Shown: piece by piece, positions 29,381 through 38,521 of the stretch
Numbering within the stretch: the first letter of the stretch is position 1
Layout: every line of letters begins with the position of its first letter
Assembly (NCBI GenBank): GCA_050010455.1
Contig: JBEKLA010000001.1
Location: forward strand, 1-55,831
Length of the DNA: 55,831 bases
Direction: 5' to 3'
Source of the DNA: Candidatus Binataceae bacterium
GTDB lineage: Bacteria > Desulfobacterota > Binatia > Binatales > Binataceae
The notes under the pieces: model-generated
The model's database searches: none
What the model was told of the DNA's origin: nothing
Seen by the model: only the letters and a program-made list of their open reading frames with translations
Position numbers and translations under genes: made by a program

Positions 29381-30421
29381 TCAGCCGCGGCGATCGCGCA
29401 CCGACTTGAGCACCCGTTCGATCAGATGGCTCGTATCGATGCCGTCGGCTTCGGCGGCGTAATTTAGCATCAGGCGATGGATCAGCGCGGGTTGCGCGAT
29501 ACGCTCGATATCTTCGAAAGCGACGTTGGCTCTGCCGTCAAGCAGAGCGCAGACCTTGGCGCCGAGAATCAACGCCTGGCCGCCGCGCGGGCTCGAGCCG
29601 AAGCTGACGTAACGGTTGACCGCGTCGTCGCGCGCCAGCCCCTGTTTGTTGACGATAAATTTCGAACTTTCCGGCAAGGTCGCACGAATCACCGTCGCGG
29701 CATAGCGCTCGATCTCGGGAGCGACCATCACCTCGCGCACCAGGCGCTTGAGCGCTTCGATTCGCGCCGCGGCCTCGGCGACGGGAAATACGTGCTCGAC
29801 CTGCGCCTCGTCGGGACCGGTCGTGGTCGAGATAATCCGCGTCAGCTCGGCTTCGTCGGGATAGTTGAGACGCACCTTGAACAGGAAGCGATCGAGCTGC
29901 GCTTCGGGCAGCGGATAGGTGCCTTCCATCTCGACCGGATTCAGCGTCGCCAGGACGAAATATGGCGGCGCGATCCGATAGGTAGTGCCCGAAACCGTGA
30001 CTTGCAGCTCGGCCATCGCTTCAAGCAGCGCCGACTGGGTCTTGGGCGTCGCGCGATTAATCTCGTCGGCGAGCAATATGTGGCAGAAGACCGGCCCGCG
30101 CGAGAAGCTGAACTCGCGCCGTCCGTCTTCGCCCGACACTATCACCCGCGTGCCGGTGATGTCGGCGGGCATCAGGTCGACCGTGAACTGAATCCGATTG
30201 AAACTCAGCCCGAGCGCATGGCCGAGCGTCTTCACGATCATCGTTTTGCCTGAACCGGGCACGCCTTCGATCAAAACGTGACCGCCCGCGAAAAACGCGA
30301 TCAGCAACTCCTCGACCGCCTGATGATGGCCAACGATAACCTTATGAATCTCGTTCTGGATGCGACGGAAGCAGCGGGCGAAATCCGCCACGCCCGGCGT
30401 TTCGATCATGGCAGCGCTCAT
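29381..30421 (-). CDS. MoxR-family AAA+ ATPase (module B)
   Basis: It has GVPGSGKT, ILLADEINRATPKTQSALLEAM and YFVLATLNPVEMEGTYPLPEAQLDRFLFK. It overlaps the upstream gene by 4 nt. Confidence 0.93.
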   Translation of the reverse strand: MSAAMIETPGVADFARCFRRIQNEIHKVIVGHHQAVEELLIAFFAGGHVLIEGVPGSGKTMIVKTLGHALGLSFNRIQFTVDLMPADITGTRVIVSGEDGRREFSFSRGPVFCHILLADEINRATPKTQSALLEAMAELQVTVSGTTYRIAPPYFVLATLNPVEMEGTYPLPEAQLDRFLFKVRLNYPDEAELTRIISTTTGPDEAQVEHVFPVAEAAARIEALKRLVREVMVAPEIERYAATVIRATLPESSKFIVNKQGLARDDAVNRYVSFGSSPRGGQALILGAKVCALLDGRANVAFEDIERIAQPALIHRLMLNYAAEADGIDTSHLIERVLKSVRDRRG

Positions 30422-31803
30422 CGTTCGAAGACTCGCTTGATGGTTTGCCGGTCGGCGGGCGGCACCGCGGCGCGGGCCAGCGGCTCATCCGGCTGCTGAC
30501 TGGAATTGAGGGTTGAGCTGACCTTGGGCGGCACGTATCCACGACCGTCCGCCGCAGGACCGTTATCGGAAAGCCGCGCTTCGAGCGTGATGTTGAACCC
30601 ATCCTTGGCGGGCGGCGTCTTCTCGGCGGGCCCAAACAGATGCTCCGGATCGGCGCCGGCGCCGTGAGATGCTCCACTGCCGCCATTGCCGCCGCGGCCC
30701 GGTTCGGAGGGCGCATTGGAGAAATTGTTGCCGGGTTGGGAACCGGGTTTGGGCGGCTCAATTATCGGCTTGTTGGACGCCAAATCGCCGGGCGGCGACT
30801 GCGCCTGAGAATCGCCTTGAGCGGAATCCGAACCAGAGCCTTGTTCGGATGAGCCGCTTCTCGAGTTCGGCTCGCGCTGCCCGCCGCGTTCCGAACCGTT
30901 CTTGGCTAAACGCTCGGGCTCGGCCTGCGAACCCTGACGATTCCGCGCATTTTTCGATTTGAGTCGGTTCCGGGCCTCGTCGGTCAATCGCAACTTGACT
31001 TTCGACCGCTGCGCTGGCTTTCGGCCGGTTAGCTTGCTCTGCAGATTCGAGGCCAGGTCTCGCGCCTTGTCCATCAGCTTCGCCGCCTCGCCGACGTCGC
31101 CCGGGGCGTCGCTATCCGCGCCCTCCTGTTCGCGCTCGGCGAGTTCCTGCATCGCTTCCGGATCGCCGCTCACCTCAACTCCCGGATCGAGGGCGGGATC
31201 GGCAGGCCTGACCTGGAGATTCTCGACCGGCACGTTGAGTTCGCGCGGCGCCGATACCGTCGGGCCGAGTCCGAGTCTTGCCGGCGCGCGCACCAGAATC
31301 GCCGTTAGCGACGCCAGCACCCCGGAAAGCAACAGCGCGTATAGCGATCGCGATACGCGGCGGCGCTCGACGCGCGATACGCTGAACTCCTGTTGCTGCG
31401 TGAGAGTTTCTTCGACCAGATACGGCCATAGCTGGGTTTCGCCGCGTCCAGCCAAGGCGACCAGTGTCGTCAGCCGATCTTTGAAATCGACTCTTCGATC
31501 TGCAAGCGACGCTGTTGCGGCGGTATCAACGTGCGAGCGCCACGCGTCCTTGATCGATCGCACCAGGCCGATCGCCAGCGCGATTATCAGCAGTATCGCC
31601 AACGCCAAAAACGTCAGCGGGCCGAACGCCAGCGCCACCAATACGATCGCGGCACCGGCCCCAATCAGTAGCGCGAGGCTGGTGAATAAGGCCTTTTGCA
31701 GGGCGAGCCCATTAAGCCGCCGGCGCAGGCGCGCAAGCTGGCCGAGAATCGCCGTGAGTTTTTCGTCTGAGCTCGATCGCGGATTTTGTGACGTTTGAGG
31801 CAT
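30418..31803 (-). CDS. Uncharacterised membrane protein with Ser/Gly/Gln/Pro/Arg low-complexity region; first gene of MoxR module B
   Basis: It has two N-terminal TM helices (LFTSLALLIGAGAAIVLVALAF and LTFLALAILLIIALAIGLV) and a third TM (LYALLLSGVLASLTAILV). These are followed by ~150 aa of low complexity (GSSEQGSGSDSAQGDSQAQSPPG...). The topology matches 2589..4106. Confidence 0.7.
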   Translation of the reverse strand: MPQTSQNPRSSSDEKLTAILGQLARLRRRLNGLALQKALFTSLALLIGAGAAIVLVALAFGPLTFLALAILLIIALAIGLVRSIKDAWRSHVDTAATASLADRRVDFKDRLTTLVALAGRGETQLWPYLVEETLTQQQEFSVSRVERRRVSRSLYALLLSGVLASLTAILVRAPARLGLGPTVSAPRELNVPVENLQVRPADPALDPGVEVSGDPEAMQELAEREQEGADSDAPGDVGEAAKLMDKARDLASNLQSKLTGRKPAQRSKVKLRLTDEARNRLKSKNARNRQGSQAEPERLAKNGSERGGQREPNSRSGSSEQGSGSDSAQGDSQAQSPPGDLASNKPIIEPPKPGSQPGNNFSNAPSEPGRGGNGGSGASHGAGADPEHLFGPAEKTPPAKDGFNITLEARLSDNGPAADGRGYVPPKVSSTLNSSQQPDEPLARAAVPPADRQTIKRVFER

Positions 31804-31814
31804 CTGAAACTACG

Positions 31815-32597
31815 CTAAAAGGTCCAACCGATTATCGATTTGGTGAAAACTCCGTTGCTTTCGCGGGTAACGCCGAACCCGACGCCGAGGTTCAACTCGA
31901 GACGCGGCATCAAATCGAAGTTCAGCGCCGGAACGACGAAATGCTGCTGGCGTTGAACGCCAGGCAGCGATTGTACGGGTCCCATATCCCCATAATACTC
32001 CAACGCGGGCGTCAGCCACGAAAAAAGCTCATAGGTCGCTTCGCCGGATGGAGCAAACGTTACACCGCGATGGGTCTGGGGGCCGCTAAACGGCTTTTCG
32101 AACGCGAAGTTGGCGATAAGCCACAGCTGCTCGAGGTGGGTTTCAACAATCGGGCGCAGCTCCAGAGTAAGCGGGTTGTCCTCGGCCGCGCGACGCATGT
32201 AATCGAGCTCGATGTTGCCGCCGACGGCAATCGGCCATCGCTCAGGATCGTTGAGCCCAAAGTGCACCTTGGTGCGGCTGCCGGCGTACTCGTAGTTCCC
32301 TGATTCGAGCCGCGCCGTGCAGAAGTATTGCCCCAGTTCCAGATGCGGCAGCAGCCCGTAACTCGCTTCCAGCGTTTCGTGAATCTCGTAAGGGCGTATC
32401 GCCTCGCGCGCCGCGGTTCCGGTCGCGGTGGTAACCGTATTCGAATGGAGTTCGAGTTCCAGGTGGTTTTGCTCGGCGGTATCGACGGAATAGATCTGGA
32501 TTTCGTAAAAATCGATTGCGCGCGCACCGCTCGGAAACCCGGCTATAGCGGTCACGATCGCGCCGACCAGGAATCCACTGATTGCGCGCCACTTCAT
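31815..32597 (-). CDS. Putative outer-membrane beta-barrel protein
   Basis: From the internal ATG at 32597 the signal peptide is MKWRAISGFLVGAIVTAIAGFPSGARA. Alternating amphipathic strands follow, and the C-terminus ...SIIGWTF ends in Phe (beta-signal). The ATGA overlaps the nth stop, and the stop is 11 nt before the module B first gene. Confidence 0.55.
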   Translation of the reverse strand: MKWRAISGFLVGAIVTAIAGFPSGARAIDFYEIQIYSVDTAEQNHLELELHSNTVTTATGTAAREAIRPYEIHETLEASYGLLPHLELGQYFCTARLESGNYEYAGSRTKVHFGLNDPERWPIAVGGNIELDYMRRAAEDNPLTLELRPIVETHLEQLWLIANFAFEKPFSGPQTHRGVTFAPSGEATYELFSWLTPALEYYGDMGPVQSLPGVQRQQHFVVPALNFDLMPRLELNLGVGFGVTRESNGVFTKSIIGWTF

Positions 32598-33322
32598 CGC
32601 GAACCGGCCACACCGATCGCCGGACACAGCCTCGCGATCGGACATCGTGAGCATCGGGGAAACCGGGGCTGGCAAATGGTCTGGCCAAACGCCACCAGCA
32701 ATCCGTTGTATTCAAGCCAGTGACGGCGAGGCAGAACCGCCCTCAGCGCCGTTTCGGTTTTCGCTGGAGTCGGGGTGCGCACCAACCCCCATCGATTGGA
32801 AATCCGATGGACGTGAGTATCGACGCAGATGCCGGGCTTGCCGTACGCCTCGGTCACGACCAGGTTGGCGGTCTTGCGCCCGACGCCCTTGAGCGTCAGC
32901 AGAGCGTCGATGTCGTCCGGCACGCGGCCGTCGAACTTATCGATCAGGTCGCGTGATAGCTGGCGGATCACTCGCGCCTTGGTGCGATAAAAGCCCACCG
33001 GATAGATGCATTTTTCGAGCTGGCGCGCGGATAGCGTGAGCATCGCGGCCGGCGTCGCAGCGCGAGAGAACAAATTCCGTGCCGCGATAGCGGTGGTTTG
33101 ATCGCGCGTGCGGAGGCTCAAGATACAGCCGACCACGGTCATGAACGGATCGCGCGATTCGGCCGCAACCAGAGTCATCACCGGCGCGTTCCATCGCGGC
33201 GCTTCGCGACGGAGGATTCGCAGCGCCTTGCCCACGGTCGATGCCGAAAACGGAGGGCGAGGCGATCGCGCCGGCGCGTCGGGATTGATTTCCTTCGCTT
33301 CGATGCCGGTTCGCATCCGCAC
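32594..33322 (-). CDS. nth: Endonuclease III (DNA glycosylase/AP lyase)
   Basis: The HhH motif is LLTLKGVGRKTANLV and the catalytic region is VDTHVHRISNRWG. The 4Fe-4S loop is CQPRFPRCSRCPIARLC. Confidence 0.9.
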   Translation of the reverse strand: MRMRTGIEAKEINPDAPARSPRPPFSASTVGKALRILRREAPRWNAPVMTLVAAESRDPFMTVVGCILSLRTRDQTTAIAARNLFSRAATPAAMLTLSARQLEKCIYPVGFYRTKARVIRQLSRDLIDKFDGRVPDDIDALLTLKGVGRKTANLVVTEAYGKPGICVDTHVHRISNRWGLVRTPTPAKTETALRAVLPRRHWLEYNGLLVAFGQTICQPRFPRCSRCPIARLCPAIGVAGSR

Positions 33323-33457
33323 GGGGCCGATTTTAGCATGCCCGGCGCCTGCGGCTGAGGGTTTGGCCTCGATCCGGCGGTTTGACGCCCGAGATTATTG
33401 GTAATAGTTTCTCACGCCAGCGCCGCGCCGCGGCGTTTACCAGGGAGGGCTTCGAGC

Positions 33458-34432
33458 ATGGATGTCGGCAAAGACCTGCTGCTGAAGATGTATCGTTCGA
33501 TGCAGCGTATCCGCCAGTTTGAAACCAAGATTCGCGATCTGTTCCTGGCCAACGAGCTTCCCGGCTTCGTTCATCTGTCGATCGGGGAAGAGGCCAGCGC
33601 GGTCGGCGCGTGCGCCGCGTTGCGCGATACGGATCGGATCACTTCGACCCATCGCGGCCACAGCCATCTGATCGCCAAGGGCGGCACGCTCAGGCAAATG
33701 ATGGCGGAGCTTTACGGCAAGCGCACGGGATACTGCAAGGGCAAGGGCGGCTCGATGCATATCGTCGACTTCTCGCTGGGGATTCTCGGTGCTAACGGGA
33801 TCGTCGGCGGCGGATTGCCAATCGCGGCCGGCTCTGGGCTGGCGGCGGTGGTGTTGGGACGCGACGACGTAACCGCCTGCTTCTTCGGTGACGGCGCATC
33901 CAACGAAGGGACCTTCCACGAATCGCTCAATCTCGCCGCGGTATGGAAGCTGCCGGTAGTCTTCGTTTGCGAAAACAACCTCTACGGCGAATTCACGCCG
34001 ATGATGGACGTGACCTCGGTCAAGGATATCGCGGTGCGCGCACAGGCGTACGGAATCCCCGGCGTAATCGTCGACGGCAACGACGTGGTCGAGGTCTACG
34101 CCCGTACCAGCGAGGCGGTGGCTCGGGCGCGGGCGGGCGAAGGCCCAACGCTGCTCGAGTGCAAGACCTATCGATGGGAAGGCCACGTAGCCGGCGAGCA
34201 GGCGTTCATCGGCGCCAATCCCTACCGTACCGAGGCTGAAATCGCCGAGTGGAAGACCCGCTGTCCGATCCTGCGTTTTGAAAAAACCTTCGTCGAGGGC
34301 AAGAAGATCGGCCGCGCCGAAATCGATCAGATTATCAAGGAGACCGAGGCCGAGCTGGAGGAAGCGATCGCCTTCGCGCGAACCTCTCCGCTGCCCGATC
34401 CCTCTGAAGTAACCGACGACGTGTTCGTGTAG
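33458..34432 (+). CDS. ThDP-dependent 2-oxoacid dehydrogenase E1 component, alpha subunit (PDH/acetoin/BCKDH type)
   Basis: It has SIGEEA, TSTHRGHSH and the ThDP motif FFGDGASNEGTFHESLNLAA...VVFVCENN. ATG 33458 is preceded by agggaggg. Confidence 0.9.
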   Translation: MDVGKDLLLKMYRSMQRIRQFETKIRDLFLANELPGFVHLSIGEEASAVGACAALRDTDRITSTHRGHSHLIAKGGTLRQMMAELYGKRTGYCKGKGGSMHIVDFSLGILGANGIVGGGLPIAAGSGLAAVVLGRDDVTACFFGDGASNEGTFHESLNLAAVWKLPVVFVCENNLYGEFTPMMDVTSVKDIAVRAQAYGIPGVIVDGNDVVEVYARTSEAVARARAGEGPTLLECKTYRWEGHVAGEQAFIGANPYRTEAEIAEWKTRCPILRFEKTFVEGKKIGRAEIDQIIKETEAELEEAIAFARTSPLPDPSEVTDDVFV

Positions 34433-34443
34433 GAGATTTTGCG

Positions 34444-35415
34444 ATGGCGGTGACCAATTTCACTCAGGCTATCAACCAGGCAATCGCCGAAGAGATGGAG
34501 CGTGACCCGCTGACCTTCCTGATGGGCGAGGACGTCGTGGTCGGTCCCTTCGGCGCGACCAGGGGCTTGCTGCAAAAGTTCGGCCCCAAGCGCGTGCGTA
34601 ACACTCCGATCTCGGAAGCCGGTTTCGTCGGCGCGGCGGTCGGAGCCGCGATGGCGGGCACGCGGCCGATTTGCGAGGTCGAGTTCGCGAGCTTCTTCTA
34701 TTGCGCCTTCGATCAGGTGTGCAATCAGGCCGCCAAGCTGCGTTACATGTCGGGCGGGCAGGCGCGCATGCCGATCACCTTCCGCGCCCTGTTCGGCGCG
34801 CTCGGCGGCGCCGCGGCGCAGCACTCGGAGACCGTCTACGCGCAGTTCCTCAGCGTTCCCGGGCTCAAGCTGGTGGTGCCTTCCGGCCCCGCCGACATGA
34901 AGGGATTACTCAAGACCGCGATTCGTGACGACAACCCGGTGATCGTTTTCGAGCACGGCGCGCTGGGCCGGCTTAAGGAAGAAATTCCGGACGGGGACTA
35001 TCTGGTGCCGCTGGGCAAAGCGAATATCAAACGTCCCGGCAAGAACGTGACCTTGATAGCGATCGGCGCGATGGTGCCCAAGGCGATGAAGGCGGCGGAA
35101 AAACTCGCGGCCGACGGAATCGACGTCGAAGTCCTCGACCCGCGCACGCTGATTCCGCTCGACGAGGAAGCGATTCTGAATTCGGTCGGAAAAACCAATC
35201 GCGTCGTGATCGCCGACGAGGGCCACATGCGCGGCGGCGCGGCGGCGGATATATCGGCCCTGATCGCCGAGAAGGGCTTCGACCTCCTCGACGGCCCGAT
35301 CCGTCGCGTGACCGCGCTTGACGTGCCGATTCCGTTCAGCCCGCCGCTCGAAAAGGCGGCGATTCCGGACGAGGCGAAGATCATCGCGACCGTGCGCGAG
35401 CTGGTAGGCGCCTGA
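34444..35415 (+). CDS. 2-oxoacid dehydrogenase E1 component, beta subunit
   Basis: It has a transketolase-like pyrimidine-binding pattern (RVRNTPISEAGFVGAAVGAAMAG) and a C-terminal domain (VEVLDPRTLIPLD). Confidence 0.9.
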   Translation: MAVTNFTQAINQAIAEEMERDPLTFLMGEDVVVGPFGATRGLLQKFGPKRVRNTPISEAGFVGAAVGAAMAGTRPICEVEFASFFYCAFDQVCNQAAKLRYMSGGQARMPITFRALFGALGGAAAQHSETVYAQFLSVPGLKLVVPSGPADMKGLLKTAIRDDNPVIVFEHGALGRLKEEIPDGDYLVPLGKANIKRPGKNVTLIAIGAMVPKAMKAAEKLAADGIDVEVLDPRTLIPLDEEAILNSVGKTNRVVIADEGHMRGGAAADISALIAEKGFDLLDGPIRRVTALDVPIPFSPPLEKAAIPDEAKIIATVRELVGA

Positions 35416-35530
35416 TCGAGCAGTTTTCCGCTTGCGCGGTTCGCCCGCAGGCCACATAGACTCATGCCCCGCGCCAGGGCGTTTATCGCCCTGGCCGCGC
35501 GGCCCATCAAGCGATTGCGAGAGTGCAGGG

Positions 35531-36793
35531 ATGTCGATTGAAGTGCGGATGCCCAAGTTTGGGCTCACGATGCAAGAAGGTACGGTTCAGCGTTTCTTCA
35601 AAGCCGTTGGCGATCAGGTCAGCGAGGGAGAGCCGCTCTACGAGATCGAGACCGAGAAGGTTCTCTATGAAGTTGAAGCGCCGGTCGCGGGCGTGCTCGC
35701 GCTGACGATGGCCGAGCCCGAGGCCGTCATTCCGTGCGGCGAGCTGGTCGCGGTAATCGCCGAAGCGGGCGACGCGATCGAGGAAGTGCTGGCGCGCTAC
35801 GGGCGGGCTGGCGCCGCGGCGCCGGCGGCGGGCGTATCCGCCAAGGCGGCTTCGCCGAGCGCGGGTGCTGCGCCGGCTTCGGCAGGCGCGGCTAGCGCCG
35901 CACCCGCCGAAGCCGGCCGACGGCCGGTCAGCCCGGTCGCGCGCAAGCTTGCCGCCGAGCTCAAGGTCGATCTCGATAAAGTAACCGGCACCGGCCCGGG
36001 CGGCCGCATCACGCGCGAGGATGTGGAGCACGCAGCTTCGGCAAAAACGGCTGCTCCAACGTCCGCTCCTGGCGAGGCTGCGAAACCGGTGGCGACGGCT
36101 CCGCGGCCGGCCGCGCAAGCCGCCCCGTCACAGGGCGCGATCGTCCCGTTCCGCGGGATGCGCAAGGTTATCGCCGACCGGATGCATCAGAGCCTCCAGC
36201 AGGCCGCGCAACTTACGATCACCAGCGAAGCCGACGTCACCGCAGCAGTCGAGTATCGAACCCGCGTCGGCAAGGAAATCGAGTTTACTTACACCGACTT
36301 GATGATCCAGGCGGTGGCGCGCGCCCTTAGACGCCATCCGCGGGTGAACGCCCGTCTTACGGAAGCCGGGATCGCGCTACTCGAAGAGGTGCACGTCGGG
36401 ATGGCGGTCGCGCTCGACGAGGGCCTGATCGTTCCCGTGATTCGCGATACCGATCGCAAGACCCTGGCCGAGATCGCCGTGGAAACCAAAGTGCTGGGCG
36501 AGAAGGCGCGCAAGAGCCAGCTCAAGCTCGAGGACGTGAGCGGCGGAACGTTCACCGTGAGCAATCTCGGCATGTATGGCGTCGACGGCTTCACCCCGAT
36601 CATCAACCTGGGCGAAACCGCGATCCTTGGCGTCGGCCGGATTGTCGAGAAGCCGGCGATTTATCGCGGCGAGATCGCGCGGCGCTCGATGATGGTGCTG
36701 AGCCTGACGTTCGACCATCGCTTGATTGACGGAACGCCGGCCGCCGCGTTTCTGCAAACGGTGATCGCAAACTTCAACTACGGCGAACGCTGA
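35531..36793 (+). CDS. Dihydrolipoamide acyltransferase (E2)
   Basis: The lipoyl domain is MPKFGLTMQEGTV...EIETEKVLYEVEAP. An Ala/Pro linker follows, then the subunit-binding domain PVARKLAAELKVDL..GTGPGGRITREDV. The catalytic motif is FDHRLIDG. The internal ATG at 35531 is preferred over the track start at 35432. Confidence 0.9.
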   Translation: MSIEVRMPKFGLTMQEGTVQRFFKAVGDQVSEGEPLYEIETEKVLYEVEAPVAGVLALTMAEPEAVIPCGELVAVIAEAGDAIEEVLARYGRAGAAAPAAGVSAKAASPSAGAAPASAGAASAAPAEAGRRPVSPVARKLAAELKVDLDKVTGTGPGGRITREDVEHAASAKTAAPTSAPGEAAKPVATAPRPAAQAAPSQGAIVPFRGMRKVIADRMHQSLQQAAQLTITSEADVTAAVEYRTRVGKEIEFTYTDLMIQAVARALRRHPRVNARLTEAGIALLEEVHVGMAVALDEGLIVPVIRDTDRKTLAEIAVETKVLGEKARKSQLKLEDVSGGTFTVSNLGMYGVDGFTPIINLGETAILGVGRIVEKPAIYRGEIARRSMMVLSLTFDHRLIDGTPAAAFLQTVIANFNYGER

Positions 36794-36881
36794 CAGGTGA
36801 GGCGGCCGCTCGCATTGCGGCGCGTCGGTACGCAACTCTAACGATGTAACGCGTTTTCTCTTGCGCGGATAATCACGTTTC

Positions 36882-38351
36882 GTGGCGAAGACCCGGAAAA
36901 TTCCCGTTACAGATTCGATAGGAGGTCCGACGAGGCGCCGCGCGCGCGTGCGGGCGGCGGTGTGCCTTGCGGCGGCGGCGTTGGCGCTCGTCGCAATGCT
37001 CGCCCGTCCGCCTGAAGTGCGCGCCCTGGACGATCACGCATGGGATCAGATTACCGCCGAAGCCACGGATCTCCTCTCGCAGTATATCCGCCTCAACACT
37101 ACCAATCCGCCGGGCAACGAACTGGACGCCGCGGAGCTGTTGAAGACAAAATTCTCGGCCGACGGCATCCCGTCCATCGTTTATCAGCCCGCGCCCGGCC
37201 GCGGGGTAATCGCCGCTCGCCTGCGCGGCAGCGGCAAGCTTCGCAAAAGCCTGGTGCTGCTGAGCCACATGGACGTGGTTCCCGCCGACGCCAAGGATTG
37301 GCAGGTCGCTCCGTTTTCGGGAACCGTCAAGAACGGCGAGATATGGGGCCGTGGAGCGCTCGACGACAAGGGGCCGGGAGTGATCGAGCTGATGGCGATC
37401 CTGGCGGTCAAGCGCAGCGGTATCCTGCTCGATCGCGATATCCTGTTCCTGGCCACCGGCGATGAAGAAACCGGGGGCAAGCTGGGCGCGGGCTGGGTCG
37501 TAGAGCATCAACGTGATTTGGTCGGTGACGCCGGCTACCTGCTCAACGAAGGTGGCGAGATCCACCCCGAACCTGACGGCCACAAATTCTACGAAGTATC
37601 GGTCACCGAAAAGAGCCCGCTGTGGATACGGCTGACCGCGAGCGGTCCAAGCGGCCATGCTTCGAATCCGCCGGAGCAAACCGCGGTTACGCGATTGATC
37701 AAGGCACTCAATAAGGTTGCGAACTACCAGCCTCCGATCAAAATCGAGCCGATTGTCGAGCGTGAATTCCGCCGCCGCGGCGCGCTCAACCATCGCGGCG
37801 GCCCCGCGCGCGATCTGCGCAAGGCGCTAAAGGACCCCGCCTTCGCCAAGCAGTTCCTGTCCGTGCCGTCGCAGGCGGCGATGCTGCGCGACACGATCGC
37901 ACCGACGGTGCTGCGCGCCAGCGAGAAGATCAACGTGATCCCGTCAAGCGCCGACGCTGAAATCGACTGCCGCCTGCTGCCGGGAGAAGATGCGGCGGCG
38001 TTCATTCAAACCCTTCGCGGCGTGATCGGCGACGACAACATCAGGGTCGAAGTGATTCTGAATTTTCCCTCCGAGTCGTCACCGGAGAAATCGACCCTGA
38101 TGAAAGCGATCGAGACACTGGCCGATCGCGACGATAGCAAAGCATCGGTGATACCCACGATGCTGACCGGATTCACCGACTCGCATTACTTCCGCCGGAT
38201 CGGATTGGTCGCTTACGGTTTCATCCCGCTGGAAGTCACGCAGGAGCAGGCGCGCATGGTGCATGGCGCCAACGAGCGGATTTCGATCGATAATCTGCGC
38301 CACGCGATCGAGCGCATGGCGAGCCTGCTCAGAATCATGGGGGATCGCTAG
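36882..38351 (+). CDS. M20/M25/M40-family metallopeptidase, secreted (Arg-rich signal)
   Basis: It has LLSHMDVVPA, WGRGALDDKGP and ATGDEETGG. The N-terminus RRRARVRAAVCLAAAALALVAML is signal-like, possibly Tat. Confidence 0.8.
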   Translation: MAKTRKIPVTDSIGGPTRRRARVRAAVCLAAAALALVAMLARPPEVRALDDHAWDQITAEATDLLSQYIRLNTTNPPGNELDAAELLKTKFSADGIPSIVYQPAPGRGVIAARLRGSGKLRKSLVLLSHMDVVPADAKDWQVAPFSGTVKNGEIWGRGALDDKGPGVIELMAILAVKRSGILLDRDILFLATGDEETGGKLGAGWVVEHQRDLVGDAGYLLNEGGEIHPEPDGHKFYEVSVTEKSPLWIRLTASGPSGHASNPPEQTAVTRLIKALNKVANYQPPIKIEPIVEREFRRRGALNHRGGPARDLRKALKDPAFAKQFLSVPSQAAMLRDTIAPTVLRASEKINVIPSSADAEIDCRLLPGEDAAAFIQTLRGVIGDDNIRVEVILNFPSESSPEKSTLMKAIETLADRDDSKASVIPTMLTGFTDSHYFRRIGLVAYGFIPLEVTQEQARMVHGANERISIDNLRHAIERMASLLRIMGDR

Positions 38352-38521
38352 CCGCGAGGCGGGAGGGGAACATCCGGCGCGCTTGCGATTTCGAAACGCT
38401 TAATGCTACCTGAAAGCACGAGACCCGGCGAAAGTCGTCCAGGCACTCGAAGCTGCCGGACGAACTTAAGGCTTTGATCGGCGGGACCGGACGGCGTTGC
38501 GCGGACAGGAGGACACCAACT

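Noticed and set aside
33458-36793. Absence of an E3 (dihydrolipoamide dehydrogenase) gene after E1alpha/E1beta/E2 as a possible anomaly.
   Set aside because: E3 is frequently encoded elsewhere and shared between complexes, so this is not unusual. Substrate specificity (pyruvate, acetoin or branched-chain) cannot be decided from the sequence alone.
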